Shown piece after piece: positions 1-8,329 of a DNA stretch of 64,000 bases (position 1 is the stretch's first letter; each line of letters starts with the position of its first letter). Origin of the DNA: an uncultured Clostridia bacterium. GTDB taxonomy: Bacteria > Bacillota > Limnochordia > DTU080 > RSA5. The stretch spans positions 36-64,035 of the forward strand of contig CAYRIY010000006.1 in NCBI GenBank assembly GCA_964424335.1. Direction: 5' to 3'. Both the position numbers and the translations under genes were made by a program. A model generated the notes under the pieces. That model was not told the origin of the DNA and did no database searches. It saw nothing but the letters and a program-made list of their open reading frames with translations.

Positions 1-289
1 CCTGCAAATGACGGACAACCCCGTCGTCCGGTTGAACCGGGCTGTCGCCGTCGCAATGGTCCACGGACCCAAAGCGGGGCTCGAGGCCTTGGAGGCGCTC
101 GATCGGGATCGACGCATCGCCGGCCATTACCGACTCGATGCGGTGCGGGCGCACTTCTACGAGATGGCCGGGGAGATCGATGCCGCAATCGCTCACTTTC
201 GAGCGGCCGCCAAGGGAAGCACGAGCATCCCTGAACGCACGTACCTTGCCGAGCAAGCCCAAAGGCTCAGCACATCTCGCAGGTCGTAG
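1..289 (+). CDS. C-terminal fragment (5' truncated by the window edge) of an ECF-type RNA polymerase sigma factor C-terminal extension (DUF6596-like)
   Basis: Translation ...YRLDAVRAHFYEMAGEIDAAIAHFRAAAKGSTSIPERTYLAEQAQRLS resembles the conserved C-terminal region of ECF41/SigJ-like sigma factors. The frame stays open to position 1. Confidence 0.45.
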   Translation, partial: LQMTDNPVVRLNRAVAVAMVHGPKAGLEALEALDRDRRIAGHYRLDAVRAHFYEMAGEIDAAIAHFRAAAKGSTSIPERTYLAEQAQRLSTSRRS

Positions 290-386
290 GGAACCCAGCG
301 GCCTGAGCAAAGCTAGGCTGCTTGCCATCGGGCATGTCGAGCATGCACCTTTCGTGATTTGTCGCTCGCCGCCTCGTCCATACTAG

Positions 387-1010
387 ATGCGCCGGCATCG
401 ACGGCGTGCGTCAGTCGATCGACGAACACAGCAGGAGGTGAAGAAGGCGGTGGCCTCCGATCAACCCTGGCCCGAGATTCCCGCGCCGCTTGGGGAAGCG
501 CTGGATGGACTCGAAGCGCTGCGTGAGCACAACACCCGCGTCGTTTGGGGTGAAGGCGACCCCCGCGCGAGCTTGATGATCGTACTCGACAACCCTGGCG
601 CACGAGAAGACCGGGACGGCCGACCATTCATTTGCCCGACGCGCATCACATTGCGGCGAGCGCTCAATGAAGCCCACATCGATTTGAGCGACGTATACGT
701 GACCTATCTTCTCAAGCGCCGACCGACTCGGGCGTACGATCGGGCGCTTGCCTGGGAAGCTTACAAGCCCATTCTCGAGCGGCAAGTGCGCGAAGCGCTT
801 CCTCGTGTCCTGGTCCTCGCCGGCAACGTGCTTGTGCATGCCCTCATCGACCCCGAACTAGACGTCAAGGGCCTGCGGGGGCGCGCCCTCAAGATGTTTG
901 ATCGCCCCGCAGTCGTCACGTACCACCCCCTGGCGGCGCGGCGACGGCCCGCCCTCTTTCCCAAGCTGGTCGAAGATTTGAGACACGCAGGAGCGCTCTT
1001 GCCCATATAG
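387..1010 (+). CDS. uracil-DNA glycosylase superfamily protein (family 4-like)
   Basis: Motif GEGDPRASLMIVLDNPGAREDRDGRPF near the N-terminus and a C-terminal HPL..RR motif (family 4 has HPS..LR). This is a variant of the canonical GEGPG...PFVG.AG motif. Confidence 0.55.
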   Translation: MRRHRRRASVDRRTQQEVKKAVASDQPWPEIPAPLGEALDGLEALREHNTRVVWGEGDPRASLMIVLDNPGAREDRDGRPFICPTRITLRRALNEAHIDLSDVYVTYLLKRRPTRAYDRALAWEAYKPILERQVREALPRVLVLAGNVLVHALIDPELDVKGLRGRALKMFDRPAVVTYHPLAARRRPALFPKLVEDLRHAGALLPI

Positions 1011-1055
1011 CCGCAATCCGCCAGACACACTGGTTCGGCCTGCACGCAAGGAGCC

Positions 1056-3356
1056 CTAAACGCGCACCAGCGGCATCCGCACCTTGCGCACCGCCTCGAG
1101 CGGGCCCCGCTCAATCGACTCGACGCCGGACCATTTTTCGATTAAATAGGCGCGCCGCCGCTCAAACAGCGACTGGGCGTCGACGCCTTGGCGGCTTAGG
1201 ATGCCGAGGGATGAATGGATCGCTCGGTGTAGGTACGTCATGCCGAAAAAACGAGCGATGATAAAGCCCGCAGTAGAAATTTGAAAGGCGAGGTCGTTGT
1301 CCTCAAAGCCCCATCCCGGCCCGTCGAACGGATCACGCTCGTCGAAGCGGACGCCTGCCTCGAATACCTCTTTGCGAAACATCCCGTATTGAGTCCACGC
1401 GACGTCGTCGTTCTCTTCGACCTTGCGGCCATCGACCCCGTACAGATAGGGCGTCGCCCGCTCCCTCCTCGGCGTTTGGCCCGCCGAATCGGCCCCGAGG
1501 CAGCCGAGTTCCCTACCAAATGTCTCCATGGCGCGAAACATCGAGTACGACGAAAACGGTACGATTTCGACGTCACCGTCGAGAAAGAGGACGTAATCGG
1601 CGCCTGCTTCGAGGGCGCAGTCGATCATCTGGTTGCGAGCGATCGAGTTGCCGCGGTTGACCTTGTTGAGGATGAGCTTGTGCTCGACGTCGATCTCGGA
1701 CGAAAACTTTTGCAGCGCCTCCGCGGTGCCGTCGTCCGATCCGTTGTCACAGATGCAAACAAAGGCGCGAAGGCCGAGTCGCTCCAGCATCCTCGCTTCT
1801 TCCACCAGCGATCGGGCCGACTCGAGGCTGATCTCCCGCGTGTTCCATGTCAGGAGGCCGAGGCAAATCTTGTGCTTATGAGGTCGAGCGGCCGAGTGGG
1901 TGGCTCCTACTTTTTCAAAGACTCCGCCCATCACGGCGTGGGGCGCGGCTTCAACGTTGAGATAAAGCGAGCGATCCCCTTCGAGGGGTTCACCCACTGG
2001 AACGGAGATTGGCCTAAGACCGACGCCTTCGCATAGCGCTGTCCACTCATCCACCGTCACCTTGTTCCATCCGTTAAAGACTTCCCTGCGATCGCTCCGG
2101 ATTACGCCCGATCGGAGGAGATTGTCTCGTTCCCAGAGCGAATCGAAATAGTAGTCACTGGTCAGGATGAGGCGCCCGCCGATCTTGAGTTTGTCGCTGA
2201 GTGCGCAGATCAATTGCGCTCGCTGCGGGGCAAGGAGGTGCTCGAGCGTGTTGATGCAAAACACCCGGTCAAAACTGCCGTCTGGAAACCCCCGAGGCGT
2301 GCGAAACCTCTTGTCTGCAACCGGATTCCAGTAGCGATAGAGGACGTGGGGAAACAGCCTGCCGATCCGCTCTTCGAAGTTCACCGGATTGATCGTGCAG
2401 TCCAAGACGGACATCGTATCCGAAAGCTCCGCCGCAAAGAGCGCCCAGGGCAGCTCCCACCTGCGCATCCGGGGAAGTTTCTGCATGTAATTGAATGCCT
2501 GCAACTCCCTCGTTTCGAGGCGTTCTATTGTCGCGACGCACGGATCGGCGCCAGCCCTCAAAGGTACCGATGTCTCTGGAGCGCTCAGCGCCACGTCGTT
2601 TTCGCCCCTTCTCCGGCAGTTTGGTTTCCAGTCTCGATACGTCTTCCAATCGTCGCCGAGAAGCCGACGGATAGGGCCGACGTCTATCTCTTCCCAGTAC
2701 GATCCCGTCGTCCGTTTTGGGCTCACGTTTTGGCCGTGAATGATACCCACGTGAAACGTGTTGTCGTCAAGGACGAGCGCTCGTTCCCTGACCCGGGATG
2801 CGAAGCGGACGTCTTCGCCGACGTCCTGATCCGGAAACGGGTTGCTGCGCCATAGCTCTTTTGTGTAACAAAGGGTGCTTCCCGAGAGCCAAAAGGGTCG
2901 GCTGCTCCGGACCGGAGCGTCATTTTGGTACGCATGCGCGCGGCCGCGGTCCACGTCGTAGAAAAGGAGCCTTTGCAATCCGCAAATCTCTAGGCCTGAA
3001 GCCGCCAGGGCGTCGACTTGAAACGCGATGCGCCGCGGCGCGTGCCAGTCGTCGTCGTCCCAGTGCAGCACGACGTCGCCCCTTGCCGCTTCGCAGGCGA
3101 TGTTCCGCTTCGCGCCGACCGTATGGCGACGATGGAGGCGAACGTAGCGAACGCTCACACCTCTCGAACCGTTCGCGGCGCCTGCGTCGGTCGCCCAGCT
3201 ATCCACTAAGTCTCCGACCGGATCGCTCCCGTCATCGACCACGATCAGTTCCCGGTTTGGGTAGGTTTGCCGCCTGAAGTATTCGAGCGCAAGGGGAGCA
3301 AAGGCCCTCCGGTTGTATGTGGGCATGATGCAGGATACGAGCGGCAGCTCACGCAC
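1056..3356 (-). CDS. multidomain glycosyltransferase: GT2, class I SAM methyltransferase, GT2
   Basis: N-terminal LVSCIMPTYNRR...VVDDGSDP (GT2 signature). Central FCINTLEHLL...GGRLILTSDYY (methyltransferase-like). Second GT2 with ICDNGSDDGT. Start re-called at GTG 3356 (VRELPLVSCIMPTYN), giving a GTGCGTGA overlap with the TPR gene stop. The ORF-track start at 3614 would overlap the TPR gene by 265 nt. Confidence 0.7.
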   Translation of the reverse strand: MRELPLVSCIMPTYNRRAFAPLALEYFRRQTYPNRELIVVDDGSDPVGDLVDSWATDAGAANGSRGVSVRYVRLHRRHTVGAKRNIACEAARGDVVLHWDDDDWHAPRRIAFQVDALAASGLEICGLQRLLFYDVDRGRAHAYQNDAPVRSSRPFWLSGSTLCYTKELWRSNPFPDQDVGEDVRFASRVRERALVLDDNTFHVGIIHGQNVSPKRTTGSYWEEIDVGPIRRLLGDDWKTYRDWKPNCRRRGENDVALSAPETSVPLRAGADPCVATIERLETRELQAFNYMQKLPRMRRWELPWALFAAELSDTMSVLDCTINPVNFEERIGRLFPHVLYRYWNPVADKRFRTPRGFPDGSFDRVFCINTLEHLLAPQRAQLICALSDKLKIGGRLILTSDYYFDSLWERDNLLRSGVIRSDRREVFNGWNKVTVDEWTALCEGVGLRPISVPVGEPLEGDRSLYLNVEAAPHAVMGGVFEKVGATHSAARPHKHKICLGLLTWNTREISLESARSLVEEARMLERLGLRAFVCICDNGSDDGTAEALQKFSSEIDVEHKLILNKVNRGNSIARNQMIDCALEAGADYVLFLDGDVEIVPFSSYSMFRAMETFGRELGCLGADSAGQTPRRERATPYLYGVDGRKVEENDDVAWTQYGMFRKEVFEAGVRFDERDPFDGPGWGFEDNDLAFQISTAGFIIARFFGMTYLHRAIHSSLGILSRQGVDAQSLFERRRAYLIEKWSGVESIERGPLEAVRKVRMPLVRV

Positions 3357-4401
3357 CGGGCTCCGACCGCCTTGAAGCTTTTGATGCAGGTCGCCGGGTT
3401 GCAAGGTACCTACGAGCCTCTGCGGCGTACTTGCCAAAGACTTGCTCGGATAGGGGGCGGAGCAGTTCGAGCGCTTCGCTTTCGTTTCCAAGCTGATCGA
3501 GGGCAATGCCGCGGTAAAATCGCACCCGATCGCCCTCGTGACCCTTGGCGTCGATACCCTCCAGGTGGCCAAGCGCCTGGTCCGCCTTCCCTTCCGCAAG
3601 ATCGAGCACTGCAAGGTCCACCCGCGCGCCGACGTCGGACGGGTCGAATTTTACGGCCCGCTCAAATTCTCGGCGCGCCGCCCCACGGTCGCCCGTCGCC
3701 ATGTACACCATGCCGAGATGGCGCCGAGCGAGGGCCGCATCCGGATCGACGGCGAGCGCCCTCTTTAGCGCATCCGCCGCCGAACCGAAATCCTTGCGCA
3801 AAAAGAGCGCCACGCCAAGCTGCGTCCACGCCTCCACGGACTCAAGGTCGAGCGAAGCGGCCTCCTTGAGGATCCGAACGGCTTCGTCGAGGCGACCTTG
3901 AGCGGCCACCGCCATGCCAAGCCCCGTGTAGAGCAGGCTGACGTCGCTTGGCGCGGACTCGCCCACGGCGCTGATCGCTTCCGCCCAGGCACGTTCGGCC
4001 TCAGCATGACGACCTGCTTTAAAGAGGACGCGCCCGAGGCTGTCCCACGCAAGGACGTTGCCGGCGTCGATCGCCACCGCCTCGCGCAAGTGCCGCACTG
4101 CCCCGATTACGTCTCCTTTCATCGCCCGCACATTGCCGAGGTTGCCCCGAGCCATGCTTGCGTTCGGGTTCAGCTCGATCGCGCGCAGGTAAAGCTCTTC
4201 GGCCTCCTCGATCCGCCCCTCTTGGGCGTACAGGAAACCGAGGTTGTTGAGCGCCGTCGCATTGTCGGGGTCGGCCGCTAGCGCCTCCTCGTATGCCTGT
4301 TTCGCGCCTTGGAGATCGCCTTCCAGGTGAAGGAGCGCCCCTCGATTGCTCGCCGCCTGCGACTCTGGAGTAGGAGACGCCGATTCTTGCAAGGATGACA
4401 T
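3349..4401 (-). CDS. TPR repeat protein
   Basis: Multiple 34-aa TPR units (AYEEALAADPDNATALNNLGFLYAQEGRIEEAEELYLRAIELNPN...) across 350 aa. Confidence 0.8.
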   Translation of the reverse strand: MSSLQESASPTPESQAASNRGALLHLEGDLQGAKQAYEEALAADPDNATALNNLGFLYAQEGRIEEAEELYLRAIELNPNASMARGNLGNVRAMKGDVIGAVRHLREAVAIDAGNVLAWDSLGRVLFKAGRHAEAERAWAEAISAVGESAPSDVSLLYTGLGMAVAAQGRLDEAVRILKEAASLDLESVEAWTQLGVALFLRKDFGSAADALKRALAVDPDAALARRHLGMVYMATGDRGAARREFERAVKFDPSDVGARVDLAVLDLAEGKADQALGHLEGIDAKGHEGDRVRFYRGIALDQLGNESEALELLRPLSEQVFGKYAAEARRYLATRRPASKASRRSEPGA

Positions 4402-4453
4402 ATGAAAAACCCTTCCTCGTAATCTTGTCGGCCCAGTCGACCATGCACCCTCG

Positions 4454-7400
4454 TCAGACCACCGCGTCCACGAGGTCGCTGATGAGGTCCTTCACATCGA
4501 CATCAGGCACGATGAACTCTACATCGGAGAGCGAGATGTCAAAGGGCTTTCCTTCCTCGTAATGCACGGGAAACTTCACGCCGAAGCGCAGGTTGGAGCC
4601 GAACTCCATCCTGGCCAGCTCCCAACTCCTCTCGTAGAGCGTGATGGTCTTGAGCAAGAGGTCGAGCTCGACGTTGACGAAGGCCTCGATATTAAAGACA
4701 AACTTGGGCTGTACGTACAATTCGCCGAGGGCGTCGATCTTGAGCCCCTCCGCTGGGGTCCAGTCGATGTTGACACCCGTGTTTAGTGCGCCTTCCAACC
4801 CCAACCGGCCGCCTACCTCAAGCCCTGCCGTGGCGCTCACGATCGGAATCCCGGCGCCGATGCCACCTTGTACGTAAAGGCGCAAACCGGCGGACGCGGG
4901 CACATGGAGCTCGGCCGACCCCGTGACGTGCGTCTGGTCCTCGTGATCGGGATTGTAGGTGATGCCAAGCGATACGTTGCGGAGCACCCCGGGGCCGATG
5001 CCCGCCTCGGCTTCGAGTCCGCCTCGAATCGTCGCGAAGATGCCAATGCGACGGCCGGCCGCCGCCACGCCGATGATCGGGATGTCGAGGGGAGGCGGCC
5101 TGAGGATGTCCTTTTCGTACGCCAACCTCTCGAAAAGTTCGATGGTATCGGGAAAGCCGATCTGCCCGGAGATCTCGATCTCGCCGTTTTCTAAGAGCCG
5201 CAGTCCGACAGTGCCCTGGAGCCAGGGAGCGATCCGCACCGTCACGCTGCCGCCGCCAAAAGCCCGCAAGGTGTCTCCGGGTTCGCCGCTTGGTTCGCCG
5301 CTGTCGTCGACTGGACGATTGGTCACGCCTAGCTCGACGCGGCCCTTCATCATGCCGCGCTCGTACTCGGCCGATCCCTGGATCGTAAAGAGGCCGTCGT
5401 CGTAGCTCACGCTCAAACTCGTATCGACCCCGGGAATGTCGGGCTGGGCCGAGCCTTCGGCGCTCACCTTCCAGCCGTCTTCGCCTTTTCGCACCGTCAC
5501 GTCGATCGAGCCGCTGCGGATGCCCGGGACGTCTTGGGAAAGCGTGAAGCCTCCCCCAATCGTTAGGCCGTCCTGCTCGGAAAACGAGAGCGACATCCTA
5601 CCTTGCTCGATCCCGGGAATGTCCGGGGCCACCTCGCCTTCGGCCGAGAACAGGCCGCTCGCGTACTCCGCAGTGATGCGCCCCGAGCGGATGCCTCTGA
5701 CTTTTCGCGGGCCGATGACGAGCGTCCCTCGGGCGCCAAACGCGTCGTCCCGGTACCAAAGGTCGATCTCTGCCTGTTCGAATAGGTCCGTGTCAAAGCT
5801 AAAGGAGCCTTGCAAGTGGAGGCCGCCGCGGGAGTTCGCGACGCCTCGCACGTACCCTTCGCCCGCCCCCTCGATGGCAAAGTCGATTTGCCCCTCGACG
5901 ACAAAGCCGCGCTCCGTGCTGATCGCAAGTGTGAGCGACGAGTCGCGCACCACAAAGGGGGCCGGCACGTTGAAGTCGCCCGGACGAAACTCCTTGTAGA
6001 CCGAAAAGTCCGAACCGGAGAGCTCAAAGCCAAGATCGAGGTCGCCGATGAGCGGCGTCTCCGGGAGGATTGCCCCGATCGCGTACAATCCGCCCTCCGG
6101 AAGCACGTCGAAGTAGTCGACGCGAATCGGGCTGAGCCGCTTCACCCGCATGCTGCGCAAGTGCGCACGGACCGCCGCCTTGTCGATATACCCGGCATAC
6201 CGGGCCCCCTGCCAGCGATGAATCGGAATCTCTTTGTCTTCCGGAAATGGTTGCCACTTGTCGTCGTTCTCTTTGACGTTCACCTTGAACGACCCGATCG
6301 AGCTTTGAGACGGAGCGTCGTCACCCTCCGTCACAAAGCGCTTCGATTTGATGACAAAGGGACTGAGCCAGTCGCGCTCGGCAGAGGTTGCCGCCGCCTC
6401 CTTTCCCTCGGCGTTTCGAAGCGAAAACTGCTTTCCAAGGCCGTGGCCGGCTTCGGAGGGGAAAATCCGCACCTTGCCGTTGCCGCCGATGTCGGCCAAG
6501 TTGGCGGGCGCAACGGGCCCGAGGTGATCGCCCTTTTTGATCTCCTCTTTAGTCCAAAAGTCGTTCGGACCCGGCTGCTGGCCGAAGTTGCCGCCGACAG
6601 GGTCGTTGAACTTGAGGTTGTACCCTCTTTTGATCGTCGCCGCGTCGTCGCCGAATCGCCCGTCCGTGGCTTGAATAAACGTGCGAACTTTATCCTCGAC
6701 CTTTTGCTTGATCACACTGCCGGAAGAACGGTTGACGCTCGAATCGAGCAACTCCATGTTCTCAACCGTATTTGCCCAGCTCCGATCTTCGGGCCAATTC
6801 GCAAGTTGGAGCTCGAGCACGTGATCGACGTCGAAGGAGTGCGGCTCGCCCGCCCGGTCCCACTGCGGCAGTGTCAATGCCTTCGCAATCTGTGGCAGCT
6901 CGCCGATGAAGTACAGCGGCTTGTTCTTGCCATATTTCGACGGCGCTTTAAAGACGTACGGCTCGCCGGGAGTGACGGCGCCGTAGGCCTGTTCATACTT
7001 GCTCTGGAGCGCCGTCTCGACTGTGCTCGTCTCTTTGCCGAGATCACGCTGCCAGACTTCCCTCTGGCGCGTGTTTCTGCGACTCTCTTCCGTGTAGGTC
7101 CGAGCTCGCTGCAAGTCGCGCTCGTAGATCGTCGCCCGATGGTCCGAAACCTTGAACATCGGCACCTCGATCTGTGAAAACGTAATGTCTTCGCCTTCGA
7201 GGACGCCCGTCGCTTCGGTCATGGCCGGCGCATCGGTCGCTTGTTCCTGCTCGTCTGTTTGCTCCCCGCCGCCTCCATCGCCTTGTTCGTCTGCATCCTC
7301 GCGCTGCACGATGGCTCCTCGGGAAAAAGTTTGCACCGCTCCTCCCGGGCTCTGCTGCGCCGCGCCCTGCTCGGCGGCGCCCTGTTGAAAGACGTGCGTC

Positions 7401-8329
7401 ATCTCGTGCGCCATCAGCCGAACGTCGTGATCCGACTCCCCGTGACCGAGCCAGATGTCGCTGCCGTGCGTAAAGGCGCGGGCATTGATCCCAGCAGCGG
7501 CCTCCCGGTCTTGGGGGCCGTCGTGGACGCGCACATGGCCCAAGTCCGCGCCAAACGCTGGCTCGAGTCTGCTCCGCACGCCGGCGTCGAGGGGCCTGCC
7601 TGCGCCGCGGCCCTCGATCGCTCGTGCGGCAATCGCGGCAGGCCCGCCTTCACCGCTTGCTTGGACCGGCTCTTCCTCGTCGAGCCCCTTTGGCTGCACC
7701 GGTTCCTCGTCTTCCGATGACATCGCCTGCACGGGTTCCTCGGCGTCGATGAAGTCCGCCTGTACTTGATCGCTTTCATCGTCGAGCTTGGCCTGGACGG
7801 GCTCCTCGTCCTCCGCGGCGAGGGCCTGCGCCGGACTTCCCGATGCGCCTCCCAGCCCGCCCGGTCCGATCGACGAGATCGCAGGCGCCTCCAGGCCGGA
7901 TGCGACTCGGCCTGCGACCCGATCAGCCTCCCGCTCGTAGCGGTCGCCCGCTTCGCCAATCGTGACTTTGCGCTGCACGCCGCCCGCGAGGGCAACGGCC
8001 GGACCGCCGGCGGACATCAGTCCAAGGCCCGAGCTCCCTGCGTGGGCCAAAACGTGGGGCCCACCGCGTCTCGGCGTCGTGACTCGCCCTTTTGAGCCGG
8101 CCTCCTTGGCGGACTCACCGCCTCTTGCTCGCTTCTTGCTGCCGACCGCGCTGCCCATGGCGCCCCCCTCCTTTCGAAACCGCCCCCATGAACGCCGCGG
8201 GCGAGCGCTCGCGATTTGAGCGCTCCGACTCGCCGTCCAGCGGGCAAAGTCCGCCGTTTTTGCGATACTCAGCGCGAACTGCGGCCTCGAGGCGATCGCT
8301 CGTGATCGGCCCGCGCTCTTCGAGCGCAA
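4454..8329 (-). CDS. eCIS-associated effector candidate: DUF4157 (HExxH zinc-peptidase-like) N-terminal domain plus a large Gly-rich, beta-rich C-terminal region
   Basis: DUF4157 hallmarks GDRYEREADRVA ... LGHVRVH ... AFTHGSDIWLG ... HEMTHVFQQ. Acidic tandem EEPVQ repeats. The listed start overlaps the ATPase gene. The real start is probably internal (M at about 8161 or 8020). Confidence 0.7.
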   Translation of the reverse strand: MRSKSAGRSRAIASRPQFALSIAKTADFARWTASRSAQIASARPRRSWGRFRKEGGAMGSAVGSKKRARGGESAKEAGSKGRVTTPRRGGPHVLAHAGSSGLGLMSAGGPAVALAGGVQRKVTIGEAGDRYEREADRVAGRVASGLEAPAISSIGPGGLGGASGSPAQALAAEDEEPVQAKLDDESDQVQADFIDAEEPVQAMSSEDEEPVQPKGLDEEEPVQASGEGGPAAIAARAIEGRGAGRPLDAGVRSRLEPAFGADLGHVRVHDGPQDREAAAGINARAFTHGSDIWLGHGESDHDVRLMAHEMTHVFQQGAAEQGAAQQSPGGAVQTFSRGAIVQREDADEQGDGGGGEQTDEQEQATDAPAMTEATGVLEGEDITFSQIEVPMFKVSDHRATIYERDLQRARTYTEESRRNTRQREVWQRDLGKETSTVETALQSKYEQAYGAVTPGEPYVFKAPSKYGKNKPLYFIGELPQIAKALTLPQWDRAGEPHSFDVDHVLELQLANWPEDRSWANTVENMELLDSSVNRSSGSVIKQKVEDKVRTFIQATDGRFGDDAATIKRGYNLKFNDPVGGNFGQQPGPNDFWTKEEIKKGDHLGPVAPANLADIGGNGKVRIFPSEAGHGLGKQFSLRNAEGKEAAATSAERDWLSPFVIKSKRFVTEGDDAPSQSSIGSFKVNVKENDDKWQPFPEDKEIPIHRWQGARYAGYIDKAAVRAHLRSMRVKRLSPIRVDYFDVLPEGGLYAIGAILPETPLIGDLDLGFELSGSDFSVYKEFRPGDFNVPAPFVVRDSSLTLAISTERGFVVEGQIDFAIEGAGEGYVRGVANSRGGLHLQGSFSFDTDLFEQAEIDLWYRDDAFGARGTLVIGPRKVRGIRSGRITAEYASGLFSAEGEVAPDIPGIEQGRMSLSFSEQDGLTIGGGFTLSQDVPGIRSGSIDVTVRKGEDGWKVSAEGSAQPDIPGVDTSLSVSYDDGLFTIQGSAEYERGMMKGRVELGVTNRPVDDSGEPSGEPGDTLRAFGGGSVTVRIAPWLQGTVGLRLLENGEIEISGQIGFPDTIELFERLAYEKDILRPPPLDIPIIGVAAAGRRIGIFATIRGGLEAEAGIGPGVLRNVSLGITYNPDHEDQTHVTGSAELHVPASAGLRLYVQGGIGAGIPIVSATAGLEVGGRLGLEGALNTGVNIDWTPAEGLKIDALGELYVQPKFVFNIEAFVNVELDLLLKTITLYERSWELARMEFGSNLRFGVKFPVHYEEGKPFDISLSDVEFIVPDVDVKDLISDLVDAVV
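7651..7816 (-). repeat. in-frame tandem repeats encoding an acidic (D/E)EEPVQ(A/P) linker, at least 4 copies
   Basis: Nucleotide repeats ctgcaccggttcctcgtc / ctgcacgggttcctcggc / ctggacgggctcctcgtc on the + strand. Translation AEDEEPVQA...DAEEPVQA...EDEEPVQP...DEEEPVQA. Confidence 0.7.

Noticed and set aside
3357-3614. N-terminal 86-aa extension of the glycosyltransferase ORF
   Set aside because: It would overlap the TPR gene by 265 nt. A GTG start at 3356 gives a canonical GT2 N-terminus and a coupled GTGCGTGA junction.
5810-7177. 455-aa plus-strand ORF
   Set aside because: Antisense to the DUF4157 effector gene. Long antisense open frames are expected at this GC content and it has no motifs.
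7651-7816. Short tandem nucleotide repeats considered as a possible CRISPR or VNTR array
   Set aside because: The repeats are in-frame, imperfect and inside a CDS (EEPVQ linker). There are no spacers or cas genes.
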